Positions 37,248 through 46,191 of a stretch of DNA of 64,000 bases are shown here, piece by piece. Under the pieces are notes generated by a model. That model saw nothing but the letters and a program-made list of their open reading frames with translations, had not been told where the DNA came from and did not search any database. Within the stretch, counting starts at the first letter, position 1. The number at the start of each line of letters is the position of its first letter. Source of the stretch: a virus; the IMG/VR virus record IMGVR_UViG_3300045010_000308, positions 1 through 64,000 of that record, one strand, 5' to 3'. The translations under genes and the position numbers were made by a program.

Positions 37248-37252
37248 CTGCC

Positions 37253-39076
37253 TCACCGCTTGTACTTGTCTCCCCACGTCTCGAGTGGGCCGTCTATCCC
37301 GGCGGTCAGCGGCACGTTCCAGCCGTCGGTGGTCGTCATGCACTCTTTGACGGTGCGCATGATCTCTTGGACGTCGCCGCGCGGCGCGTTGAGCACGATC
37401 TCGTCGTGCACGGGGACGATGAGCAGCTCGGTGAGGTCGGCTTGGTCGAGCTTGACGAGGTTGGCCTTGAACACCTCTGCCGCGCCTCCCTGGATCAAGT
37501 AGTTGACCAGCGTGTACACGCGGTCTTCGTCGCACGGCAGGCGGCGGCCAGTCCACGTGTAGACGTAGCCTTGCCCCTCTTCGCGGACACGGCGCATCCC
37601 CGCGTCTTCGATCTTGCGCTGGAACTCGACCATTCCTGGGTACCGGCCGTCGAACGCGTCTGACACGACACGCATCTGCGGCTCGGCGACTCCGGCCGTC
37701 AGCGCCTGCTTCGCGACACCGGCGCCGTACAGCCGCCCGTAGACCGTGCCCTTGATGAGCGCGCGGCGCTTGTCTGACTTCTGCATCGTCGGGTCTTTGT
37801 AGATCTCACGGCCGATCTCGGTGAACGGATCTGAGCCGGTCGCGTCCGCGCGGCTGAACAGCGCGACGAGGTTGGGGTCGTTCGACATGCTGGCGAACAT
37901 GCGGAACTCGACCTGGTCGAGGTCCGACGTGACAATCACGTGGTCGTCGTCTTTGGGCAAGAACGCGCGGCGCACGACGTCGTCGCCTTTCGGCAGCGTC
38001 TGAAGCGCGGGATTCTGGATCGACATGCGGCTCGTGCGCGCACCGAGCGTCTTGACCGACGGGTGGACGAAGCCGTCGACGTTGTCGTTGATGAAGTTCG
38101 AGAAGTACGTGTTCGCGAGCTTGTCGGCCTTGCGTTGCTTGAGGACCGTGTCGGCGAGGTTCGACACCTCTTCAGCCCCGTTGATCTTGAGCAGCTGAAG
38201 CTGGTCTTTCGTGCACGACTTCTGCCCCGTCGGCGTGAACTCGGTGATCTCGGCGCCGAGGTCCTCGAACAACCGGACGAGCTGCTGGTTGCTGGTGATC
38301 GACACGCCGGCGTACCTAGCTTTCGCCCACTCTTTGACCGACGACGTGTACGCGGTCAGCTCGTCAAACTTCTTCTTCGAGTACTCTAGGTCGACGCGCG
38401 CTCCGTTGATCTCCATGCGTGTCACGATCTTGCGCGCCGCCATCTCGAGCTCGTACGCGCGGCTGTATTGCTTGCCTGGGCCGCATTTTTCGTAGAACAT
38501 CTCCCAGAGGCGCATCGTCAAGACCGTGTCGAGCGCGCCGTAGGACCAATACGGCGAGAAGCCGACCGGGACGGTGCCCCAAGTCCAGCCGTTCTTAGCC
38601 AGCTCGACGTCGAGCGTGTCTTGCAGCGCGACCGCGCGCCCGTCGACGTGCAGCGCCGCGAGGCGCTTGAGAGCGCCTGACCCGAGGGGGTCGATGATGT
38701 GCGCCATGATCATCGTGTCGTGCGCACGCCCCCACGGCAGGCTCCACCGCGACTGCACGTCGAACCAGCGAGCCTCGAACGCGATGTTGTGGCACACGAC
38801 CGGCCCGTCGAACTTGTCCATCGCCTCGTAGAACACGCCTGACCACTCCTGCCACGGGATCGCCCAGCCTCGCTGGGCGTCACCGACCTGCACGAGGCGC
38901 AACCGGCCGTGCCACGGCGACAGCGCGTGCTCTCTTGGAGCGCCTGGCAGCTCTCCGGTCTCTGTGTCGACCGCGATCGCGCCGTGCGGCCGGCGCTCGC
39001 TCAGCCACGCGATGAACTGCGACGCCTTCTCGGCCGAGTCGACGAGCGAAAGCTCTACGCCCGACAGGTCAGCCAT
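37253..39076 (-). CDS. polA: Family A DNA polymerase with 3'-5' exonuclease
   Basis: DTET, HN..FE, YGALD; DLDQVEFR (A), KR..IK..YG (B), VHDE (C). Confidence 0.96.
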   Translation of the reverse strand: MADLSGVELSLVDSAEKASQFIAWLSERRPHGAIAVDTETGELPGAPREHALSPWHGRLRLVQVGDAQRGWAIPWQEWSGVFYEAMDKFDGPVVCHNIAFEARWFDVQSRWSLPWGRAHDTMIMAHIIDPLGSGALKRLAALHVDGRAVALQDTLDVELAKNGWTWGTVPVGFSPYWSYGALDTVLTMRLWEMFYEKCGPGKQYSRAYELEMAARKIVTRMEINGARVDLEYSKKKFDELTAYTSSVKEWAKARYAGVSITSNQQLVRLFEDLGAEITEFTPTGQKSCTKDQLQLLKINGAEEVSNLADTVLKQRKADKLANTYFSNFINDNVDGFVHPSVKTLGARTSRMSIQNPALQTLPKGDDVVRRAFLPKDDDHVIVTSDLDQVEFRMFASMSNDPNLVALFSRADATGSDPFTEIGREIYKDPTMQKSDKRRALIKGTVYGRLYGAGVAKQALTAGVAEPQMRVVSDAFDGRYPGMVEFQRKIEDAGMRRVREEGQGYVYTWTGRRLPCDEDRVYTLVNYLIQGGAAEVFKANLVKLDQADLTELLIVPVHDEIVLNAPRGDVQEIMRTVKECMTTTDGWNVPLTAGIDGPLETWGDKYKR

Positions 39077-39554
39077 CGGAATCTCTCTCAGGCACGGCGC
39101 TGACTCGCATCCCGCACTTCTCGAGGTACGCGACCACCTCGTGCGGGTTGCGGTGCGTGTCTGACCCGCGGACGACCATGACGACGCGCGCTACTCCGGA
39201 GTTCGAGACCAGCTTCGCGCACTGCATGCACACCGCGCTCGTGACGTACAGCGTCCCGCCTTCGACCTGCGACCTGTCGACGTACAGCAGCGCGTTGGCC
39301 TCCGCGTGGATCGCCGGGCACGCGTCGTACACGTTGTCGAGCGGGGCCTCTCCCCTCGCTCGCGGGCACCACAGCCCGCACTCGCCGCCTTCAGGCCACG
39401 TCGCGGCCGGCCCGTTGTACCCAGTCGCGCAGATGCGCTGGTTGCGAGAGACGACGGCGGCTCCGACCCGCGCCCGTGAGCAGCGAGACCGCCGCGCCAC
39501 GGCGCGAGCCACCGCGAGCCACGTGTCGTCCCACGAGGGGCGGTCAGCTCGCAT
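39069..39554 (-). CDS. dCMP deaminase
   Basis: RPSWD, RSRC, TGYNG, HAEANA, CMQC; start ATG 39554. Confidence 0.9.
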   Translation of the reverse strand: MRADRPSWDDTWLAVARAVARRSRCSRARVGAAVVSRNQRICATGYNGPAATWPEGGECGLWCPRARGEAPLDNVYDACPAIHAEANALLYVDRSQVEGGTLYVTSAVCMQCAKLVSNSGVARVVMVVRGSDTHRNPHEVVAYLEKCGMRVSAVPERDSDG

Positions 39555-40401
39555 TTGCCGCGTTTTTTGCGATCGCGCTGCGCATGGCCGACGCGTACCA
39601 CTTGTCTTCGGCCGGAAGCGCGTCGAACACGGCGGCGTCGTGCGCGGCGTCGAGGCACCGGACGGCCCGCGCTCGGACCGCGCTCCATGACGAGCCGACG
39701 AGGACCGGGACTGGCTTAGCGGGCTCTTTCGTGTAGGCCAGATTTTCCGCGGCGGCGAAGTCCGCCTCGTAGACATGCAACGAACCGACGTGGTGGCCGT
39801 AGGTCCCCGGCTCGACTCCGAGGATAGACGCGACCGCGATCTGCACGCGTGTGAACTGGAAGAAGTCATACGCGGCTCCGAGCCAGACGTCGTTCGAGCG
39901 CATGTACACGCTCATGTTGAGCCTGTTCTTGCGGACGCGGAACTGGTGCAGGATCGTGCACGGGTAGTCGCGCTTCTTCTCGAGCATGTCTCGCTCTGGG
40001 TCCCAGATCGTGACTACCGCCTGCCGCGACTCCGGGTCTTTCTTGAGGCGGTCGATCATGACCGAGTATTGGCCGTCTGTGCGTGTCCCGTACGACCCGT
40101 GGAACTGCCCGTCGTCTTCGGTGTAGTTCGCGAACTGAGGCCCGATGGCGATGACGGTCTCTGGGCGCGACACGCCGCCGAGCAGCTGGCACGCCTCGAC
40201 TGCGCCGATGCCTGCGACGACGTTGCGGCCGACGCCGACAGGCAGCGTGTTGTACACGTCGTCGATGTAGATGACGGCGTCTTCTATCTCGCGGGTCTGC
40301 ATGCCGCGTGGCGCCGCCTTCTCACCATGCACGAGGACGTGCCTCACGAGGTCGACGTAGCCGTTGACTCCGTCTTGGATCGAGACTACCTTAGTATCCA
40401 C
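39544..40401 (-). CDS. Thymidylate-synthase-fold enzyme, probably dCMP hydroxymethylase-type
   Basis: SRQAV, catalytic DYPCT, MRSNDVWLGAAYD (Asp at the TS Asn177 position), SLHVY. Confidence 0.85.
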   Translation of the reverse strand: MDTKVVSIQDGVNGYVDLVRHVLVHGEKAAPRGMQTREIEDAVIYIDDVYNTLPVGVGRNVVAGIGAVEACQLLGGVSRPETVIAIGPQFANYTEDDGQFHGSYGTRTDGQYSVMIDRLKKDPESRQAVVTIWDPERDMLEKKRDYPCTILHQFRVRKNRLNMSVYMRSNDVWLGAAYDFFQFTRVQIAVASILGVEPGTYGHHVGSLHVYEADFAAAENLAYTKEPAKPVPVLVGSSWSAVRARAVRCLDAAHDAAVFDALPAEDKWYASAMRSAIAKNAANAS

Positions 40402-41396
40402 TTGTCATTCTCCTCTTCTCCCCCCCACGAAAGCCTCTCGATCGCGCGACCGTACTCCTGCCCGTCGTGGTGGTGAAACCTGCGGACATACTGCGGGTGC
40501 GGGACCACGCTGACGTGGCTTCGTGGTATCTCGTCGCAGAGGCCTGCTATGCTTTTTTCGGCCATGCGCCCGAGAGCGACGACTGGCGGCCTGCCGAGGA
40601 CGACCCAAAGCGTGCCGAGCATCGAGCTGCACAGCTCAGTTCCGTTGACGATCCCGACGGACTTCCAAAACGGGTCTGGCAGGTTAGACAACAGGTAGTC
40701 GCCAGAGTTGCCTTTGGCGGGGTAGAAGGGCAAGATCGGCCCGCTGGGGTCGTTTCGCTTGTCACCGACTAGCAGCACGCGAGGCCGCGGTGAGCCGATG
40801 TACATCGGGAACTGAGCGACCGCTCTCGCGAGGTAGTCACGCTCGCGCGCAATCGCGAGCATGCGCTCTGCCAGCGCAGGCAGCGCGCTCATGTCGTCTG
40901 GGTCAGGCGTCAGCACCTCGACGCGAGCCGCTTTCGCGATCCCGCTCATGTACAGCGCGTGTATCCGCGCGAGCTCGCCGACCTCGACGAAGCCGTCGCC
41001 GCGCGCTTCGACGCGGCGCGCTAGAACGCCTGGAGGCTGCATCAAGGCGAACTGCACGGCGCCGCGCGACAGCAGCATCAGCTCGACAAGCCGCCAGCCG
41101 CCGACCCCGAGCAGGCCGTACTCGTCTGAGCACGTGTGCGGGCGCTTGAGCGGCGCGTACGTCACCTCGCCCCAGTGCCACCTGTCTGCGATGACGACGT
41201 AGCCGTCCGTCCAGTTGACATTTTCGACCGACGCGGCCCACTGGTTCAGCACCCACGAGCGAGACTCTTCCTCTGGCTTGCCCATGTGGTAGTGCACGAC
41301 CTCGCGCTCTGGGTACTTGACCGACGCCTCGTCCAAGAGCGCGTCGACAAGTGAGCTTTTGCCTGAGCCGTCTGGGCCTTCTACAATGATGAACAT
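40386..41396 (-). CDS. dNMP (thymidylate-like) kinase fused to a UDG-fold domain
   Basis: VEGPDGSGKS, IADR, RGD; C-terminal RVLLVGD, PF..GNSG.YL, VVALGRMA, VPHP. Confidence 0.8.
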   Translation of the reverse strand: MFIIVEGPDGSGKSSLVDALLDEASVKYPEREVVHYHMGKPEEESRSWVLNQWAASVENVNWTDGYVVIADRWHWGEVTYAPLKRPHTCSDEYGLLGVGGWRLVELMLLSRGAVQFALMQPPGVLARRVEARGDGFVEVGELARIHALYMSGIAKAARVEVLTPDPDDMSALPALAERMLAIARERDYLARAVAQFPMYIGSPRPRVLLVGDKRNDPSGPILPFYPAKGNSGDYLLSNLPDPFWKSVGIVNGTELCSSMLGTLWVVLGRPPVVALGRMAEKSIAGLCDEIPRSHVSVVPHPQYVRRFHHHDGQEYGRAIERLSWGGEEENDKWILR

Positions 41397-41435
41397 GCGC
41401 TGTCTTTCGTCTCTAGCTGTGGCTTGAATATCGTA

Positions 41436-41912
41436 CTACGGAATAAGCTCGACTTTGTAGACCATCTCGATCCCCTTGTCGACCTGCGCCGCCTCCTCGA
41501 GCAGCCGCTGCGCGACGTGCGTCAGGTACTTTGCGCCGCTCGCGTCGTACTTGTAGAGCGCGTCGAGGACGGCGCTCGGCTCCTCACTGACCTGCGCCCA
41601 GTAGCGGTTTTTCTCCGGAAAGATCACCGGCGCGTTGAGCGACGAGCGGCACTCTGGGCAAGAGACCAGCCGTGACGGAGACTCAAGAGACGAGACACTA
41701 ACCTCGCTGAGGCCGTACCGCTGGACGAGGTGGCAGGCGGCCGTGTGGTAGATCACCGACACGCCGACGCGAGACAAGACGTAAGAGCCGCTCTCAGTGC
41801 GGTAGAGCTCGAACTCGATCCAGCGGTTTGCGCCCGGGCGGCTCGACGAGGAGCGACCGAGCAGCTTGCCGCTGAACTGCAACGTTCGTGAGCCGTCTTT
41901 CACCTGGATCAT
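41436..41912 (-). CDS. Hypothetical protein
   Basis: RWIEFELYRT..G.YVL; His/Cys motif; extended -10 TGATACTGT at 41951-41959. Confidence 0.65.
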   Translation of the reverse strand: MIQVKDGSRTLQFSGKLLGRSSSSRPGANRWIEFELYRTESGSYVLSRVGVSVIYHTAACHLVQRYGLSEVSVSSLESPSRLVSCPECRSSLNAPVIFPEKNRYWAQVSEEPSAVLDALYKYDASGAKYLTHVAQRLLEEAAQVDKGIEMVYKVELIP

Positions 41913-41956
41913 GCTGGTCTTTTCTCTATGCGTACAGAACTTACTGCTCTACAGTA

Positions 41957-42136
41957 TCACTTTTCAGCCCGCTTGAGTCGCTCGGCCAGTTCTTTGTTCT
42001 TTTCTTGCTCGCGCAAGAGCAGAGCCTCGAGCTCGGTGTTCACGCTCATCATCCGATGAAGCTGGCTTCTCGTGATCGAGAGCACCTTGTTGAGGAAGTC
42101 TGGGTCGGTCTCAAGCGTGTTTTCGTTGTTGTCCAT
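41957..42136 (-). CDS. Small coiled-coil protein (59 aa, not in ORF track)
   Basis: MDNNENTLETDPDFLNKVL...ELEALLLREQEKNKELAERLKRAEK. Confidence 0.55.
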   Translation of the reverse strand: MDNNENTLETDPDFLNKVLSITRSQLHRMMSVNTELEALLLREQEKNKELAERLKRAEK

Positions 42137-42184
42137 GCGGTTCTAACATACCACGCGGCCGTCGCTCGGTCGGCGACTTGAGGA

Positions 42185-44215
42185 CTAGCCTTCTTCGAGC
42201 GCTTTCAGCCGCGTGTTGAGGTCGCGAACCGCCGAGATCAGGACCGGGACCATCGACGTGTAGTCGACGGCCTGGTACTGCGCCCTGCGCCAGACGCCTT
42301 CCTCCGTGAACGTGTAGTCACTGTCGGCTCCAAAGGTGACCATCTCTTCTTCCGTGAACCCGCCTGGGTGCTCGTCGTACCGATAGCACAGGCCTTCTTC
42401 GGTCGCCTCTCCGCGTATGGCGTACGGGAACGCCGAAGCGACCTCGTCGGCGATGACTCCGACGCCGTATCGGCCGCGCACGGACTCCGGCGCGGTGTCG
42501 TTGTACCGAAAGGTGTACGCCCGAGTGCCGTACAAGTTGTCGAGCATCTCTCTTCCGACCTCGACTACGTCTTCTTTGAGGCGCCTGTCCGACGGGTTCG
42601 TCCACGGCACGAAGCCCCGGATCCCCACGTTGTTGTCGACGCACATCACGAGTTGGCCGCCAGAGAAGCCGCCAACCGGTCCGTTGAGGTAGTTCCAGGA
42701 GATGCCCCAGCGCTGGCCTAGGTACACCGGCAAGTTCGGCGTCTCGTACCGCACTCCCCGAGTAATGAAGGTCGTGGGGCCTACCTGAACCCTGAATATG
42801 TCACTCGCGAACTCGATTGCGTTCGGAGCGCTAGCGAGCATGTACCCTGCGCCGACAGAGAGCAGCTGCAGCGGGCTCGCGCCGAGTGAGATGATGTCGT
42901 TTCCGATGTAGACCTGCGGGTATGCGGAGGCGCTCGAGTCGGCCGACGCCCCGTGGTGCATGACCAGCCCGTACCCGACGCCCTCGACTGTCAGCGGCGT
43001 GATGTGCGCGACGCTCGTCGAGTTCACCTGGAACGACAACGCGTTCGTCGAAGAGCTCAAGATGACTCGGTTCCCCTCCGACGCGGTCTGCACCGTGCGG
43101 CCTGTCAACGTGCCTGACGTGATGTTGTCAGCGTTGATCGTCCCGGCGTAGACGACAGATGCGCTCAGCGTGCCTGCTGTGATGTTCCCCGCTGCGACCG
43201 TCCCGGCGTAGACGACAGCCGCGCCGAGCGTGCCCGCCGTGATCTTCGAGGCGTCGATCACGCCGGCGGCGATGCTCGACGCGATGATGCGCGAAGAGGC
43301 GATCGTGCCCGCGGTGATGTTGCCGGCGTCGATGTTCGAGACGGTGATGACACTCGCGTCGATCGTCCCGGCCGTGATCTTGTTCGCGCTGAGGCTCTGG
43401 ATCGCGTTGTTCCCGAGGTTGTTCGCGACCCACGACGAGCCGTTCCAGCGGTAGATCCTGTTGTCGTCGTCTGTGTCAAACCAGAGGTCGCCGATGGCCG
43501 ACGCGGTCGGAGCCGACGGCTGCCGGAACACCCTGTTCTTCCCGTCCGCCGTCGTCTGCGCGGCCGTCGCGGCAGCCTGAGCTACAGAGATCGTGAAATC
43601 GCGCACCGACACCCACGACGAGCCGTCCCAGCGCTTGAGGTTGTTGGAGTCTGACGTGTCGATCCAGAAGTCGCCGGAATCCGGGTTCGCAGGCGCCGTG
43701 GGAGACACGCTGCTGTCGATGCCGCCAAGCTCGTCTTGCGCGGCCTCGTCGATGATCTCGATCGTGACGGCTCCCGGGGCGAGGATCTCCGTCGTCACCG
43801 AGTCCGGTGCGAGGATCTCCGTCGTCACCGAGTCAGGCGCGAGGATCTCTGTCGTCACCGAGTCCGGCGCGAGGATCTCTGTCGTCACCGAGTCCGGCGC
43901 GAGGATCGCCGTCGTCACCGAGTCAGGAGCGAGGATCTCCGTTGTCACCGAGTCAGGCGCGAGGATCTGTGTCGTCACCGAGTCCGGTGCGAGGATCTCC
44001 GTCGTCACCGAGTCAGGCGCGAGGATCTGTGTCGTCACCGAGTCCGGAGCCAGCTCGACCGTCGTGATCGCGTTGACGTCGATGATCGCGGTGGTCACAG
44101 TCCTCTCCCCGATGCGGCGCGGCGCGGGCCTGCGTGACATGCGCTTGGTGCGCCTGTCGATCCTGCTGACGTAGTTGCTCAGCCTGCGCAGCGCGCGGCG
44201 ACGGCTGCTAGCCAC
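42185..44215 (-). CDS. Tail fibre/spike with C-terminal intramolecular chaperone (peptidase S74-like)
   Basis: GDLWFDTD, ITAGT repeats, SDRRLKED, GVIADEV, VDY..MVPVLISAVRDL. Confidence 0.85.
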   Translation of the reverse strand: MASSRRRALRRLSNYVSRIDRRTKRMSRRPAPRRIGERTVTTAIIDVNAITTVELAPDSVTTQILAPDSVTTEILAPDSVTTQILAPDSVTTEILAPDSVTTAILAPDSVTTEILAPDSVTTEILAPDSVTTEILAPDSVTTEILAPGAVTIEIIDEAAQDELGGIDSSVSPTAPANPDSGDFWIDTSDSNNLKRWDGSSWVSVRDFTISVAQAAATAAQTTADGKNRVFRQPSAPTASAIGDLWFDTDDDNRIYRWNGSSWVANNLGNNAIQSLSANKITAGTIDASVITVSNIDAGNITAGTIASSRIIASSIAAGVIDASKITAGTLGAAVVYAGTVAAGNITAGTLSASVVYAGTINADNITSGTLTGRTVQTASEGNRVILSSSTNALSFQVNSTSVAHITPLTVEGVGYGLVMHHGASADSSASAYPQVYIGNDIISLGASPLQLLSVGAGYMLASAPNAIEFASDIFRVQVGPTTFITRGVRYETPNLPVYLGQRWGISWNYLNGPVGGFSGGQLVMCVDNNVGIRGFVPWTNPSDRRLKEDVVEVGREMLDNLYGTRAYTFRYNDTAPESVRGRYGVGVIADEVASAFPYAIRGEATEEGLCYRYDEHPGGFTEEEMVTFGADSDYTFTEEGVWRRAQYQAVDYTSMVPVLISAVRDLNTRLKALEEG
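43759..44060 (-). repeat. 30-bp coding tandem repeat (ILAPDSVTTE x9 plus one degenerate unit)
   Basis: Visible at DNA and protein level. Confidence 0.92.
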
Positions 44216-46187
44216 GCTGGTCTACCTCCCACTCGGTCACGAGCTCGAGCGTCACTGACTCGGGGAATGACGGCGTGTTCGGCACGCTGACCTTGAACGA
44301 GTCGATCTTGCGCACGAGCACCGTGTCGCGCACCTCCATGTCGCTCGACAGGCGCATGCGGATGAACTCGTCGTCGGCGATGATCGAGCACCAGTCGCCC
44401 GGCGCGTACGTCCCGACGACCGGGTCGAGCGAGCCGTTGACCGTGATCGAGATGTCGCCGACAGGCGGGCGAAACTCGTTGAGGTACCGCAGCGCGTGGT
44501 CGTACAGTTGCTGCTCGTCGGCGGTGTCGTTCTTCTCTTCCTCTTGGTCGAGCAGCGGCCAGCCGTACTCGAGCAGGTCTGTCGCCGACGCCGCAGCGTA
44601 CGGTTGGCTGATGTCGTCGCCGAGGTCGGAAATGTTGCCGACGACGAAGAACCGAGTCGCGGCGTTCTCTGCCGACTCCTTGACCGAGATGTCTGTGATG
44701 TTGCCTGGGAACTCGAACACGAGCTTGTCTGCGCCGAACCGGCTCGGCGGAGACACCTGCCCAGGCGCAGGCGGGTTCGGGAAGTCGATCGGGATGAACA
44801 CGAAGGTCCGCGTGAACGAGTTCGTCGCCGCGTCGTAGTCGCAGTCGACCCTGTACTCGAAGCCGTCGACCGTGTCTGAGTACTCGTCGAGCTCCTCGCC
44901 GACGGACCGCAGCTCGTAGCCACGGTATGTCTTGTTCTCGAGGTTCTTCGCCGAGAAGCCCTCGGTCGAGTAGTCGATGAGGATGTCTGAGTTGTACGGG
45001 AACGAGCCGTACGTCGGGATGATCGCTTCGCGGTTTATGGCCACGGTCCCGTTCGCGGCCGTCGTCGGTATCGCGGTGGCGTTGAACGCGGAGTATGTGA
45101 ACGTGTCCGCAGTCGGAGTGGAGGCGACCTCGGCGCGCTCGGCGTTGAAGACTTCCGTCACCGCCGACGTGTCGTCGACTCCCGTGATCTCGACGACGTT
45201 CCCGACAGAAAGCCCGTGGGCGGTGCTCGTCGTCAGGGTCGCGACGTCGTCCGCGTACGCCTTGAACGTGACGGTCTTTGTCGTGTCTGAGAAAGCGATC
45301 GGGCCCTCGTTCGCGCCGGTGTTCTCTACCCGGAACGTCGTGGCTGACGGCGTCGCCGTGATCTGGTACGTTCCGTCGTAGCTCGCCGTCGTGTTTACGA
45401 TCTCGACCGTCTGCCCGAGCACGGCTCCGTGCGGTTCTTCTACGGTGAACGTCGCGATGTTCGACGCCCTTGTGACGCTCGTGATGCGGTACCCCTCCTG
45501 AATGCCTGGCTCGATCTCATCGTTCGGGAAGTCGATGTTGACGAAGTCGACCATCGTCGTGTCGAGCAGCTGGCGCATGTAGTCGTAGGCGTCGGTGCGG
45601 ACATAGACCGTCGCTAAGCTGTACGTGCCGTTGGGGATCGACGGCGCTGAGACAGAGAACGTCGTGGCCGTCGGCGCCGGGTTGGCGAGGACCGTGTAGT
45701 AGCCGTTGTACTGGAAGTCTCCGACCTCGTAGAAGATGATCCGCACGCTCGAGCCGGCCGGGGCCTCGTACTCGCCGTTCTCGAGAGTCACGGCGGCCAC
45801 TCCAGACGAGACGACGACCGTCGCGCTGAAGTCGTGCGTGTACGTCTTCCAGATGTTGCGGTGGTAGAAGTAGCTCGTAAACTCGTTGCCGCCGACGCTC
45901 AGCTCGCGAGACTTCGCCGTGTACGACCTGTCCCAGATGATCCCGCCCCAGACACAGACGTCGTTGCGCACGACATAGAGCGCCGTCCGGCCAGGCATCG
46001 TGCTTTCGTAGAGGTTGAACGCTGCCGAGCCGTCGATGACGGGGATCTTCCCGCTGAACGACCCCGCGCCCTTGATCGAGCGCTCGTACGAGACGTCGGT
46101 GAACGGGATCTCCGCGATGAGTGCGTTGGTCAGCACGTCTGCGGTGAAATACGTGTACGTCGCCGTCCTGTCTGTCACGACCGCCAT
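44208..46187 (-). CDS. Minor tail protein (Tal/hub-like) with inserted beta domains
   Basis: VWGGIIW, DGFEY, YAPGDW; HG..G..V.I repeats. Confidence 0.8.
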   Translation of the reverse strand: MAVVTDRTATYTYFTADVLTNALIAEIPFTDVSYERSIKGAGSFSGKIPVIDGSAAFNLYESTMPGRTALYVVRNDVCVWGGIIWDRSYTAKSRELSVGGNEFTSYFYHRNIWKTYTHDFSATVVVSSGVAAVTLENGEYEAPAGSSVRIIFYEVGDFQYNGYYTVLANPAPTATTFSVSAPSIPNGTYSLATVYVRTDAYDYMRQLLDTTMVDFVNIDFPNDEIEPGIQEGYRITSVTRASNIATFTVEEPHGAVLGQTVEIVNTTASYDGTYQITATPSATTFRVENTGANEGPIAFSDTTKTVTFKAYADDVATLTTSTAHGLSVGNVVEITGVDDTSAVTEVFNAERAEVASTPTADTFTYSAFNATAIPTTAANGTVAINREAIIPTYGSFPYNSDILIDYSTEGFSAKNLENKTYRGYELRSVGEELDEYSDTVDGFEYRVDCDYDAATNSFTRTFVFIPIDFPNPPAPGQVSPPSRFGADKLVFEFPGNITDISVKESAENAATRFFVVGNISDLGDDISQPYAAASATDLLEYGWPLLDQEEEKNDTADEQQLYDHALRYLNEFRPPVGDISITVNGSLDPVVGTYAPGDWCSIIADDEFIRMRLSSDMEVRDTVLVRKIDSFKVSVPNTPSFPESVTLELVTEWEVDQRG

Positions 46188-46191
46188 GTCA

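Noticed and set aside
39544-40401. Ordinary thymidylate synthase or dUMP hydroxymethylase
   Set aside because: The specificity residue is Asp rather than Asn, favouring dCMP; not fully excluded without an assay
43759-44060. 30-bp repeats as a CRISPR array
   Set aside because: Units are contiguous with no spacers and in frame within the tail-fibre gene; no cas operon is present (the Cas4-like gene is a standalone phage nuclease)
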